Virus record (IMG/VR): IMGVR_UViG_3300025423_000009
Coordinates: 1-64,000 of that record
Source: a virus
Reading direction: 5' to 3' (one strand)
DNA: 64,000 nt
Under the pieces are notes generated by a model. The model had not been told where the DNA came from. It did not search any database and saw only the letters and a list, made by a program, of their open reading frames with translations. Position numbers and translations under genes: made by a program. The stretch's first letter is position 1, and every line of letters begins with the position of its first letter. Below, in pieces: positions 26,783-35,704 of the stretch.

Positions 26783-27334
26783 TCAATCGATGGTGACGCG
26801 ACCTTGCTTCTCGGGAAGACTATAGAGGAGAGAATTCACACGAAGCGTTCGACCGATCAATGGCCTAAGTCCTTCTATGGCCGCTTCGGCATTGAATGGA
26901 GCACCCTTCTTGACGTAGGCGACCGTCAGGTGAGGATGATAATCATACTTCGAGGCAGTGATCGAGCGCGCGTAGTGCCGAGCGATGTCATGATTGAGAT
27001 CGATTAAGCTTGAAGAATTCACATCGAACTTGATCACGTCGTATTCCGGACATTCAAACTTCGACAGCTTGCCGATCGTGAACTGAATGGGAAGCACTTC
27101 GGAGCAGAGGCGTTTCAGTTTATTCGAGTCGAAGTCCAAATGAAAGCCATAGAGTACCGTGACGTGAGGTTCTTCCTCATATCCGTTCTCGTGTAGGTCT
27201 TTTTCGGAAACGATGTTCCGCGCCACGTTCAGGAAGTCTTGCTTCTGATCGTTTGGCACCATAGCCATCAGGCAACCATATTTGGGTGTCGCTCCCTCGA
27301 GGAGCACATTACGCGAAGATTCGATTAAGTTCAT
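26783..27334 (-). CDS. 2H phosphoesterase (gp57B/Acb1- or 2'-5' RNA ligase-like fold)
   Basis: Two HxT motifs: EPHVTVLYG and YHPHLTVAY. Confidence 0.85.
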   Translation of the reverse strand: MNLIESSRNVLLEGATPKYGCLMAMVPNDQKQDFLNVARNIVSEKDLHENGYEEEPHVTVLYGFHLDFDSNKLKRLCSEVLPIQFTIGKLSKFECPEYDVIKFDVNSSSLIDLNHDIARHYARSITASKYDYHPHLTVAYVKKGAPFNAEAAIEGLRPLIGRTLRVNSLLYSLPEKQGRVTID

Positions 27335-27346
27335 TAAGGTATCATC

Positions 27347-27377
27347 ATTTATATCATGTCACGTCTCGAGAGTACAC
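27347..27377 (-). promoter_or_regulatory. 31-bp duplicated promoter, copy upstream of the 2H gene
   Basis: Identical to 26726-26756. Confidence 0.75.
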
Positions 27378-27409
27378 GAAAAAATTGCACGAAGATTAGT
27401 TCGTGCAAT
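27378..27409 (-). terminator. Rho-independent terminator
   Basis: ATTGCACGAA-GATTAG-TTCGTGCAAT stem followed by a T-run on the minus strand. Confidence 0.7.
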
Positions 27410-27431
27410 CTTACGAAATGATTATTTACGA

Positions 27432-27755
27432 TCAGTCTCCACGATAATTTGAACCTTTACGAGGTCCGGTGGCATGATACATGTAGTTCCCATGCTTCTC
27501 ATCACTCTTTTTCTTATCTTCAATCTCTTGCTTGGTTGCCGATCTCTGAGAAGTGACTTTCCATCCCCAGTAAGGATCCGTAAGTTTTTTGATCAGATCT
27601 TCAACTTTCGAATTCCAAACAATCTCGATGCGTTCATCTCCTTTAGATGGAGCCATTGCAGAACGACCAGTACCGAGTCCAGTAAAGGTGATGACCGTAG
27701 CGCCTTCTTCAGAATTTTCGAGAAGAACCTGCTTGGCGGATTCGTGGAGTTTCAT
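27432..27755 (-). CDS. Putative head-internal protein
   Basis: N-term MKLHESAKQVLLE tag. Confidence 0.6.
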   Translation of the reverse strand: MKLHESAKQVLLENSEEGATVITFTGLGTGRSAMAPSKGDERIEIVWNSKVEDLIKKLTDPYWGWKVTSQRSATKQEIEDKKKSDEKHGNYMYHATGPRKGSNYRGD

Positions 27756-27766
27756 GTGAAAAATAC

Positions 27767-28156
27767 TTAAACCTTGACTTTAACCGTGGGAACCTTGGCT
27801 TCCTTGCCGAGCTCGTACAGCTTGACGATACATTTGGTTCCATTCTCGTGAATGAGCTGCTCGAGCTCATCCTTGGAGAGAAGAACGACGGCTTCCTCGC
27901 CATCCTTGTTGCATTGCGCGGCGTACTTTGGCTTCTCGCCGGACTTCTTGGGAGCCGGAGTTTCAATCTCGGGTTCCTCGGCTTCTGGAGCGACGTCGGT
28001 ATCGGCCGGCTCTTCGGAAGCAGGCGCCTCGGCGGCCGCGTCCTCTTCGTTCACGGCCGGACGAAAGTACGAGTGACTCCGCATTTGTTCGGGAGTCTTG
28101 GCGGCCAGAACGTTGTTCTTCAGGATGCCTTTGATCGATTCATTGAGAGATTTCAT
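27767..28156 (-). CDS. Putative head-internal protein, acidic
   Basis: Late promoter at 28164-28171; MKSLNESIK tag; Ala/Pro/Glu-rich. Confidence 0.65.
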   Translation of the reverse strand: MKSLNESIKGILKNNVLAAKTPEQMRSHSYFRPAVNEEDAAAEAPASEEPADTDVAPEAEEPEIETPAPKKSGEKPKYAAQCNKDGEEAVVLLSKDELEQLIHENGTKCIVKLYELGKEAKVPTVKVKV

Positions 28157-28309
28157 TTGATCTTATTTATACGTTTGAGTTTCTTGCGTCGAAGAGTCTT
28201 GGCGGCCAGAACGTTGTTCTTCAGGATGCCTTTGATCGATTCATTGAGAGATTTCATTTGATCTTATTTATACGTTTGAATTTCTTGCGTCGAAGAGGCT
28301 TGGCGGCCA
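28093..28309. repeat. 101-bp tandem duplication (2 copies plus a partial) carrying a late promoter
   Basis: 28093-28193 repeats at 28194-28294 with a few substitutions; each copy has minus-strand TATAAATA. Confidence 0.9.
28153..28257 (-). CDS. Chimeric 34-aa mini-ORF created by the duplication
   Basis: MKSLNESIKGILKNNVLAAKTLRRKKLKRINKIK*. Confidence 0.4.
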   Translation of the reverse strand: MKSLNESIKGILKNNVLAAKTLRRKKLKRINKIK

Positions 28310-28424
28310 TGACGGGATCGAAGGATTGCACGGCCTGAGTGGTCATCTGACCGCCTCCACCACCACCGATGGCTCCAACTCCCATGTCTTCCGAGATTGG
28401 AAATATGTCTCTGAGATTCTTCAT
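28254..28424 (-). CDS. Small late protein (56 aa)
   Basis: Manually read MKNLRDIFPISEDMGVGAIGGGGGG...PLRRKKFKRINKIK*. Confidence 0.6.
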   Translation of the reverse strand: MKNLRDIFPISEDMGVGAIGGGGGGQMTTQAVQSFDPVMAAKPLRRKKFKRINKIK

Positions 28425-28792
28425 ACTTCTTGCAGTCGTTTGGCCACCATCAGATCGATCGTGACACTGTTCATCATGCCCTCTGGCAGATAGTCAAGGA
28501 ATAACAAAAAGGCTTTCAGTGCCGGCCACAACTCACGTTCTATGCGATAGAACATCATGTGATTGGCCGCCGCGATCGGAAAGACGTTGTACAGAGTGAT
28601 CAGATGATTCAGTACGAGCCTTTCCTTGATCTCTCCGGTCTCGATGTACCGTCTGAGCAATCGCTTCACGTACTTGAATCTGGCCAGATCCTCATGAAAC
28701 TCTTCGATCGAGAGACACTGCGGATTGTTGTAGTGCCTCACGGCGTACGATTCAAAATTCTTCTCGTTCAGTTCATCAAACAGCTTAATCAT
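28421..28792 (-). CDS. Conserved T4-like hypothetical protein
   Basis: F.ELN..NF..YA..HY.NPQC...EF.EDL.RFKYVKRLL.RY...ERL.LNH.I.L.NVF. Confidence 0.75.
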   Translation of the reverse strand: MIKLFDELNEKNFESYAVRHYNNPQCLSIEEFHEDLARFKYVKRLLRRYIETGEIKERLVLNHLITLYNVFPIAAANHMMFYRIERELWPALKAFLLFLDYLPEGMMNSVTIDLMVAKRLQEV

Positions 28793-28821
28793 GACAAAAG
28801 TACTTATACTCGTTGCCGAGA

Positions 28822-29097
28822 TCAGTACATGAATGTGATCGGCGCCGCGTAGACCGTACTGGATCCACTCGACAGAAGCATGTCGCTAGCATCCTTGAAC
28901 AGGTACGTCGCTTCATTAGAATTCACCGTACAGGATCCAATGGTATTGCCCTGACGATCCTGACGAATCACGACGGCCTGAGTGGAAGCGTTGCCAGAAA
29001 GCTGAGAGATCAGACGAACGACGAGAGCGAAGTTCAAGGTTGAACCCGTGGAGGTTGAAAGTGATACTTCGGAGCCAACAAGATTAAGTGCGCGCAT
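28822..29097 (-). CDS. Small beta-rich late/virion protein
   Basis: 91 aa, beta-strand pattern, late-gene context. Confidence 0.55.
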   Translation of the reverse strand: MRALNLVGSEVSLSTSTGSTLNFALVVRLISQLSGNASTQAVVIRQDRQGNTIGSCTVNSNEATYLFKDASDMLLSSGSSTVYAAPITFMY

Positions 29098-29107
29098 ATG
29101 ATTCTAT

Positions 29108-29722
29108 TTATTCTCCGGCCTTGTAGATGTATCGGCCGTGTTGTCCAACATCCAGAAAGATGTCGACATTGTTTTCGATTCCCAGATTCTTCAGATACGA
29201 GAGTTGACGTGAAGTCATTCGAGAATTGGTATCCATGTCGACGAAAGTCTGATTAGGCTGATGAACCAGACGTGCCCATCCACGTTTACCAAGGATCTCG
29301 GCGGCTTCCAAGCCCTGTCCTCGACGCTCTTCCCACTCGTCACCAAGGATCTTCTCGGCTACTGGACCATGATCCATGCGACCGGATACCGGCGTCTCGA
29401 CACCAGAAGGAGAGAGCCAACCGCCATAGCCGCGTCCTTCACACACCAGTGACTCGGAGAGACGTTTGTTCAGCTGATCCTTATGCAACTGATAGAACGT
29501 GACCAGTTCCTTGGAACGAAGCTCCGAGAGCTCCAGATTCATCTCCAGCTTTTCTGGAATCTTGTCAGCGTCGATGCCATCTTCAATCATCTTTCGAATC
29601 TCATGAAGAGCCTCGAAGTTATTGGACATGTAGAACTGATCGAACTCGTCGAAGGCTTCGGAGCCGGCATGGCCACCTTCACTGAGAAGAGCGTTCTTTA
29701 TGGTCTGATGAAAGGAAGACAT
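29108..29722 (-). CDS. Putative head-internal protein
   Basis: N-term ..IKNALLSE; GWLSPSG...DH...RGW motif. Confidence 0.6.
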   Translation of the reverse strand: MSSFHQTIKNALLSEGGHAGSEAFDEFDQFYMSNNFEALHEIRKMIEDGIDADKIPEKLEMNLELSELRSKELVTFYQLHKDQLNKRLSESLVCEGRGYGGWLSPSGVETPVSGRMDHGPVAEKILGDEWEERRGQGLEAAEILGKRGWARLVHQPNQTFVDMDTNSRMTSRQLSYLKNLGIENNVDIFLDVGQHGRYIYKAGE

Positions 29723-29734
29723 CTGCTGAGTGGA

Positions 29735-32026
29735 TTAACCTTCGATGTTCTCGAGCTCCTCACACACGTCGGCCAGAAGCGTGTGAGCCTTCTGAACCTT
29801 CATGAAAAGGTGAGTGTTCTTGAAGTCCGCGTGACGAGGAACCACGCCCTCGCAGCGTTCGATGACTTCCGCGAGGTCCTTCAGAGCGTCAACGAGCGCG
29901 TTCTGTGGAACCGTCGTGTCTCCCTGATCCGTCTCGACTTCCGCAGACTCTTTCACGGCACCGTTGGTATTCTCGGCATGCTTGGCACTCACTTCCGCCG
30001 TGCCGTCCCAGCCCTTGGAGTCTTCTTCGACCTGAATGCCCAGGTACTTCTTGAGGCCGTCGCCGTAAGAGGTAATGAACTTCTGAAGCTCGGGTTGCAG
30101 ACGAGAGTCGATGCCGTCCGTACCTCGACCGGAGAGGATCTGCTTGAGCTCTTTCTCGTGATCATCCGCATACTGCTTATCGAAGTTTGACATGCATTCC
30201 TTGATCAGATCTTCTCCAAGGATCTCAAAGGCTTCATTGAAAGAAACATCTTCGGTCACACCACGCTGTTTCAGAAGAGCCTGAATGCGAGACATAGTGG
30301 CCTGAAGTTGCTTAGTGGATTGCTTGGCGAGCTTGGACTGTGCGGCTTTCTGAGCCAAAGTGGCAGCACCGGTTGCCGCAGATTTAGTCGAGGCTATAGA
30401 ATTTGCACTCTGCAACTGTTGCAATTCTTTCTGAATTGGCTTAAGCTTTTCAGCTGAATCGCCGGCATGCTGACGATTCAATAACTGATATTCCAACTGA
30501 TAGACACGTTTGCGTTTCTCTAAGTCTTTGATATCCTGAGGATTTGCATTATCCTTCTTCATCTTGGCTAATGCCTGATCGGCCGTAGTAATACTGTCAA
30601 CCAACGAAGCAGCTTTTTTCTTAAATTCAGTATCATCATTCCCCTTGGCACCAGTTATCGCAGGTTTAGCAGTAGGAGCAGCACCAACAACGGATTGAAT
30701 GCCGGCTTCGACTTTACCAGCGACCGTATCACCCACTTTTTTCACAACATTCTTACCGAGAGCCTTGACCGTATCGAACAGGCCTTCATCAATCATAACA
30801 TCTTCATCCAGAGTCTCTTCCTTGACGGTCTCGTGATACTTCGAAGTTCCCTTGCTCAAAACCTTCTTGATCTTGTCGGCCACCGGCTTGGTAGCCTTGG
30901 CATGTTTGACATGCTTAGAAGCGTTGACGGCGTCTTCGCCCAGAAGAATTACAATAGCCGATTCCTTCAGGCCAGGACCAGTGAGTCCCTTGGGCATGGA
31001 TTCCGCACCCTTATGAGTGGTTCCGGTGGCCTTGGGAGCCTCCGCATTCAACTTACCAGAGGGAGCCGTGTCTTTGACTTTCTCGGCCGATTCAGTGCCA
31101 GATTGCTTGGAGCCAGTCGCCTTGGGAGCCGCGGCGTTCTGTGTACCGCCTTTGGTCGTATCCTTCAAGGACTCGGCGGATTCGGCGCCGGCTTGCTTGG
31201 TGCTTTTGGCTTCGGGAGCCTTGGCTTGCTTGGAGATTGAACTCTTGATGTCCTTGACATCCTGCTCGACCTGTTCCATCTCGTCGTAATGCTCGGGTTT
31301 GGTCGGACTTGTGCCCATCGGAAGAGCAGGCTTCGACTTAGAATCCATGGATTCCGTACCAGTCTGCTTATCCTGATTCACGTCGTGAACTCTGTTGATC
31401 ACATGAGCGGCTTTGAAGCGCTTCTCGCCTTCCGCACGAGGTTCCTCAACACCTTCCTTCACGGAACGTTGAGCGGCATAGTAGGCACCCAGAGCCATGT
31501 TGATGCGCTCGGCTTTGGTCTTACCCTTGAACTTGGCGTCATTGGAGTTCACAAAGTCATGAATCCATTCGGAGGCGGGCTGAGAGGCCTTCAGAGCTTC
31601 AGTGATCTCCTCTTCGGAAATCTCAATGGACTCTTCAATAGGAACGACACGATTCTTAAACATCGAAAACATTTTGCCGTCATCCTGCTTGATTAGAACT
31701 TCCTTCGACCAATCAATAGGTTTATAGTTACCACTAAGATTCATAGGAACTCCGCGGCCGTCAGTCTTAACGTTTGAGCGATCAACGATCACACCTTCTT
31801 TACCAGAATCAAGGCCAGATCCAGAGACGACCTTGACACGTGAGCCAACCTTAAGCGTAGTGGCCTCATCCGTCATGGTATGAGACTCCGGAGTCTCGAC
31901 ATTGGAGATAGGAGTGGTATCTGCCTTATCGACGTAGATGGATGTCGATGCGGCATCGGGCCAGGTTTCGGAGATGATGCCCATGGCCGCTTCGGCAATG
32001 GCCTGAGTAATTTTGTCTTTGATCAT
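29735..32026 (-). CDS. Large modular putative head-internal protein (KOW-like segment, internal repeats, many LxE sites)
   Basis: Late promoter at 32049-32056; LKVGSRVKVVSG KOW-like; ~30-aa repeats ending PKATG. Confidence 0.7.
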   Translation of the reverse strand: MIKDKITQAIAEAAMGIISETWPDAASTSIYVDKADTTPISNVETPESHTMTDEATTLKVGSRVKVVSGSGLDSGKEGVIVDRSNVKTDGRGVPMNLSGNYKPIDWSKEVLIKQDDGKMFSMFKNRVVPIEESIEISEEEITEALKASQPASEWIHDFVNSNDAKFKGKTKAERINMALGAYYAAQRSVKEGVEEPRAEGEKRFKAAHVINRVHDVNQDKQTGTESMDSKSKPALPMGTSPTKPEHYDEMEQVEQDVKDIKSSISKQAKAPEAKSTKQAGAESAESLKDTTKGGTQNAAAPKATGSKQSGTESAEKVKDTAPSGKLNAEAPKATGTTHKGAESMPKGLTGPGLKESAIVILLGEDAVNASKHVKHAKATKPVADKIKKVLSKGTSKYHETVKEETLDEDVMIDEGLFDTVKALGKNVVKKVGDTVAGKVEAGIQSVVGAAPTAKPAITGAKGNDDTEFKKKAASLVDSITTADQALAKMKKDNANPQDIKDLEKRKRVYQLEYQLLNRQHAGDSAEKLKPIQKELQQLQSANSIASTKSAATGAATLAQKAAQSKLAKQSTKQLQATMSRIQALLKQRGVTEDVSFNEAFEILGEDLIKECMSNFDKQYADDHEKELKQILSGRGTDGIDSRLQPELQKFITSYGDGLKKYLGIQVEEDSKGWDGTAEVSAKHAENTNGAVKESAEVETDQGDTTVPQNALVDALKDLAEVIERCEGVVPRHADFKNTHLFMKVQKAHTLLADVCEELENIEG

Positions 32027-32062
32027 GGAATTGAAAGGTTGTGTTTTCTATTTATAGGTTTT

Positions 32063-32395
32063 TTACTTTGCAATCGGTGCATGTTGCCACACATTTGTGA
32101 ACCAGACCAGAAAGCCAGCGGCTAATATGGAAGATACAAAGATCCAAAAGAACTTACGAAGGCCCTGAAGAGTATTTCCATCTTTGGCCTGATCGATGCG
32201 AATGTCATTGATCGACTTTTCGTTTCGTGTGGTTCGTTCCTCGATCGAGATGAGCTGTTTCATCAGTACACCGTTTGTCTGCTCGAGGTTCGAGATCTTC
32301 TCTTCGACTCGCGCGAGAGCCACGATGGCTTCCGACAACTTATCAATCTTCTCTTCCATGCGCTCTAGGCGCGTGCTTGTTCCTTCTTGAGACAT
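32063..32395 (-). CDS. Coiled-coil protein with C-terminal TM helix (XhlA/holin-like)
   Basis: RLERMEEKIDKLSEAIVALARVEEK; hydrophobic C-terminus. Confidence 0.6.
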   Translation of the reverse strand: MSQEGTSTRLERMEEKIDKLSEAIVALARVEEKISNLEQTNGVLMKQLISIEERTTRNEKSINDIRIDQAKDGNTLQGLRKFFWIFVSSILAAGFLVWFTNVWQHAPIAK

Positions 32396-32396
32396 A

Positions 32397-32723
32397 TCAT
32401 TTTACTATTTTTGAGACTGGCGTACTGGTCCATGTGCGGCAACTCCAGTAGTTCGCTTTCCATTTAGGCCCCGGATCCTCGCAGTGATGACGAGCTCGGT
32501 AGTTACGACGACGTGCCGGATCGTCCCGCTTAATCTCCATGTTCGGATCTCCGAATCCGAGCTTGATGACGTTGCCCTTCTCGTTCTTCACGTACACAGC
32601 GAACTTCTTGGGACCGCCGGGAGTACGAAAAGGCTTATTCAGCTCGACCTTGCGGCCATCATATTCGGCTTCCTGAATGTCCAGGAACTCGCAAAACGTC
32701 GAAACTGGAAGGAAATCGTTCAT
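32397..32723 (-). CDS. Conserved T4-like late protein (DUF6321-like)
   Basis: EAEY.GRKV.LNKP.R...KKF.VYVKN..GNV....FGDPNM.IKRD.P.RR..RARH.C...A.YWSC. Confidence 0.75.
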   Translation of the reverse strand: MNDFLPVSTFCEFLDIQEAEYDGRKVELNKPFRTPGGPKKFAVYVKNEKGNVIKLGFGDPNMEIKRDDPARRRNYRARHHCEDPGPKWKANYWSCRTWTSTPVSKIVK

Positions 32724-32729
32724 GGAAAG

Positions 32730-33407
32730 TTACATCTTGGCCGGAGGAACCGGCAGCTCCGTAGGCACCGGATTGACAGGAGAAGCTACGGCGATACGAA
32801 TCGCATCGGGTTCCGTGCCGGAATCACACGCATAGGCGGCTTCCTGACGTTCCGTGGACTTACGACGATAGTAGTCGTAGATTCCGTGAATCGAGGCGTG
32901 AATGCCGGCGATCTTGTGTTGAATCCAGGCCGGACACTCATCGAAGTTTGGAAGCACATTGAAGAGGTCATCGGCCATGTCGGCGATCTCGTCGAGCTCA
33001 TTACGCGTCATCGAGATCTCCTCGGCTTCGTGTCCACCATCCAGATGACTCTCCTGGACTGGCTTCTTGCCCGTGGCCTTCTGCGCGGCTCCAAAGTCCG
33101 ACAGCGCCATCTTGATTCGAGATGACTTATCCATTCCCTTGAATCGAGGATCCGTCGACTTGGTGTAGTCGGTGATCCATTTTTCAACCGGATCCTTCTC
33201 GGCATTTAAGGATTCTGGAATACGAATCGTTTTAATGGATTTTTCGACTTCATATTCATCCGTGGCCAGATCATGTGCCTGTTCATTGGAACCACGATCG
33301 GCCGAAATAGAAGACTGTGCCTTAGTCGGAGCCACGAAGTGAGCTTCCGTGTCTTCATGTGACGCCGCCTCGACAAGAGCCGTACGAATCTGTTTCAGTG
33401 ATTTCAT
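32730..33407 (-). CDS. Putative head-internal protein
   Basis: MKSLKQIRTALVE tag; shares the WI.D...S.D..FKG..K..RI.MAL domain with the 763-aa protein. Confidence 0.65.
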   Translation of the reverse strand: MKSLKQIRTALVEAASHEDTEAHFVAPTKAQSSISADRGSNEQAHDLATDEYEVEKSIKTIRIPESLNAEKDPVEKWITDYTKSTDPRFKGMDKSSRIKMALSDFGAAQKATGKKPVQESHLDGGHEAEEISMTRNELDEIADMADDLFNVLPNFDECPAWIQHKIAGIHASIHGIYDYYRRKSTERQEAAYACDSGTEPDAIRIAVASPVNPVPTELPVPPAKM

Positions 33408-33413
33408 GTTTTC

Positions 33414-34616
33414 TTATTTATGAGAGTGAAGCTTCTTGAAACGTTTGAAGTCCGCACGAATGGCCGAAAGTTCCGTTTCGCGACCAATGATGGTGTTCTC
33501 GGCCAGAAACTTCTCGATCAGAGTGCGATTCGATTCCTCAGCGATGAGTTGAATCATTCGCACGTGCTTCTCAGAAACCTGTGTGGACTCAGTCTTCATC
33601 AGCTCGTCCGTGTAGTATCCAGTGATCTCCTCGGGTGACCACTCATTGGCCTGAGACTGACGACCCTTGAACCAGGTGATCAGCTTTCCTTCAGGAGTCA
33701 CGGACTTCGGCCAGTCCTGAGACTCATCCGGATCCGTCATCTCGAACGGACGATCATTGACCAAAACGGAACCGTACTTGACCGTAAGCTTATCGGAAGG
33801 CTTCAGCGTGACCATTGTGGCCAGAGTATTGACATCCATGCCTGATTGGCCGATAGCTTCTGGCACACAATTCGGAACCGTCTTGCCATCCTTCTCCTTG
33901 GTGCCGATGGCCTTATAGCCTTTCCAGCAGGCTTTCTCGAGACTCTCTTTCTTGATTAGATCCTTGATCGGAATGAGCTGTTCGTTCGTCTGTCCCGGCG
34001 TGACTTCTTTGTTCTGCTGAGTCAGCGTCTTGGTGCCCCAGTCACGATCATGGGAGAGCTCCTCGTTCTCACCATTTGCATGGCTCTGAGCGATCTGCTT
34101 GGCTTTCGCGATCGCGTTCGAAGATTGAGCATTGACCTTTCCGATCTGCTTAGCGACGCCGCGCTCCTTTCCCTTTGGAGAGAAGTTGACATGCCAGAAC
34201 AATCCATGCTGAAACAGGATGTAGCGGCCTTGATCCGTGCTAGCCTCTTCCTGACCAGGAATAGCATCGACGGGTTTCCATTCTAGAACCGTCTTAGCAC
34301 CCTCTTCGACTTCGCTTTCCGACTCATTGGCCGACGATTGATTCGGATTCTTGCCTTGAGCATCGATGAAGTTCTCGGCGGCCTGCTTGGCCTTCATGAA
34401 AGCCAGAGGCTGACCGGTCGGAGTCTTGAAGATCTGATTGCCCTTGGTGCCACCGGACGGAACAAACGACACGATCAGATTGCCGGCCACGTTCTTCAGT
34501 GTAAACTTAGATCCGTCCTGAAGCTTTGCTTCCTGTGCTCCGGTATCCTCGCTCGAGGTCTCCCACTTGAGAGTACCCTCGATCATTACGTTTTTGATGG
34601 ATTCTGTTAGATTCAT
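33414..34616 (-). CDS. Putative head-internal protein (modular)
   Basis: MNLTESIKNVMIE tag; contains the T4-like mini-module ACWKGYKAIGTKEKDGKTVPNCVPE. Confidence 0.65.
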   Translation of the reverse strand: MNLTESIKNVMIEGTLKWETSSEDTGAQEAKLQDGSKFTLKNVAGNLIVSFVPSGGTKGNQIFKTPTGQPLAFMKAKQAAENFIDAQGKNPNQSSANESESEVEEGAKTVLEWKPVDAIPGQEEASTDQGRYILFQHGLFWHVNFSPKGKERGVAKQIGKVNAQSSNAIAKAKQIAQSHANGENEELSHDRDWGTKTLTQQNKEVTPGQTNEQLIPIKDLIKKESLEKACWKGYKAIGTKEKDGKTVPNCVPEAIGQSGMDVNTLATMVTLKPSDKLTVKYGSVLVNDRPFEMTDPDESQDWPKSVTPEGKLITWFKGRQSQANEWSPEEITGYYTDELMKTESTQVSEKHVRMIQLIAEESNRTLIEKFLAENTIIGRETELSAIRADFKRFKKLHSHK

Positions 34617-34629
34617 TGAAGTAAAATCT

Positions 34630-35451
34630 TTATTTATTCATTGGCTCGACGTCCGAGAGCCAGTGTTTCTTGTTTCCTTCCGTGACCAGAAAGTTAGGAC
34701 CACGCTTGACGATCTGAACGACTTCTCCGCCTTTCAGACGAATCGAGTCGCCAACATTGAAGACCTCGCCACGAACATATGATTCGCGAATCGTGGACAG
34801 CGGACTGAACTGAACGTCTTCGCGAAAAGTGGCAGATTCCTTCAGGCCCATGCGCTTACGAAGAAGATTGAAGAGTCCGATCGCATCCTCGAATCCGTGT
34901 GGCAAACCCTTGGAGAATGAGCGAAGGTCGTTGTCACGAACCGCCTGACGCATCTTGGAGGCCGACATGCCTTCCACTTCATCATCGGAATCCGGATCAC
35001 GATGACCGGCCGAGACCACCTCAATGCCGCCTGGAAAGTCGTAGTATCCATCATTCTTGAGTTTCTGGCCCTCGTACTTCTGCAGAAGCTTCGAGAATTC
35101 CGTGACTCGATCCTGACCAACCACCAAAACAAAGCGAGTGAAGCCATCCTGATAAGCCTTGCAAGCCACATCGAAGAATGTCTTGATAGACTTATCTTCA
35201 ATGATATTTCGAGCATGCTTGGGAAACATCTGCCGCATCACCTTGACCTTCTCGGAGTAGTGAAGAGGATTCTTTGTTGGATCTGTAGATTGAGAAGCGT
35301 AGATCTTATAGGTTCCACCAGCCGCTTCAGAAGCCACCGCGTCAATTAGCTTTTCATGACCTACAGTTGGAGGATTGAAACGTCCAAACGTGACCGTGAT
35401 CTCCTTGACCGTGGCCTCGACAAACTGTCGAAATGATTTTAAGTTTCCCAT
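34630..35451 (-). CDS. Cytidyltransferase-like (NMNAT/HxGH) nucleotidyltransferase
   Basis: TFGRFNPPTVGHEKL, VGQDRV..F, VSAG.RDPD, GMSASKMR; KSFRQFVE tag. Confidence 0.85.
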   Translation of the reverse strand: MGNLKSFRQFVEATVKEITVTFGRFNPPTVGHEKLIDAVASEAAGGTYKIYASQSTDPTKNPLHYSEKVKVMRQMFPKHARNIIEDKSIKTFFDVACKAYQDGFTRFVLVVGQDRVTEFSKLLQKYEGQKLKNDGYYDFPGGIEVVSAGHRDPDSDDEVEGMSASKMRQAVRDNDLRSFSKGLPHGFEDAIGLFNLLRKRMGLKESATFREDVQFSPLSTIRESYVRGEVFNVGDSIRLKGGEVVQIVKRGPNFLVTEGNKKHWLSDVEPMNK

Positions 35452-35464
35452 GATGTAGTAAGAT

Positions 35465-35680
35465 TTACGATAGCTTCAGATAGGGCCGTCGAGCTCGTCT
35501 CTCGGCACGCTCAACGAGGCGTCGCGAGTTGGCCCGTCGATACGGCAGGCCTTGCTCACGAAGTCCACGCCGACGCTTGACGTACTGATAGTTCAAGAGG
35601 CCGTCATCGTTCAGATACTCACCTGTGTAGTCTACCGATGTGAGATCCTTGAAGTTGACTTTGGATGAGTCTTGAGCCAT
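35465..35680 (-). CDS. Small late protein
   Basis: Late promoter at 35692-35699 upstream. Confidence 0.55.
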   Translation of the reverse strand: MAQDSSKVNFKDLTSVDYTGEYLNDDGLLNYQYVKRRRGLREQGLPYRRANSRRLVERAERRARRPYLKLS

Positions 35681-35704
35681 GTCTATTTCGTTATTTATAC
35701 GAAT

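Noticed and set aside
28093-28309. Assembly artefact explanation for the 101-bp duplication
   Set aside because: Copies differ by substitutions and a microhomology explains the junction; read-level confirmation is still needed.
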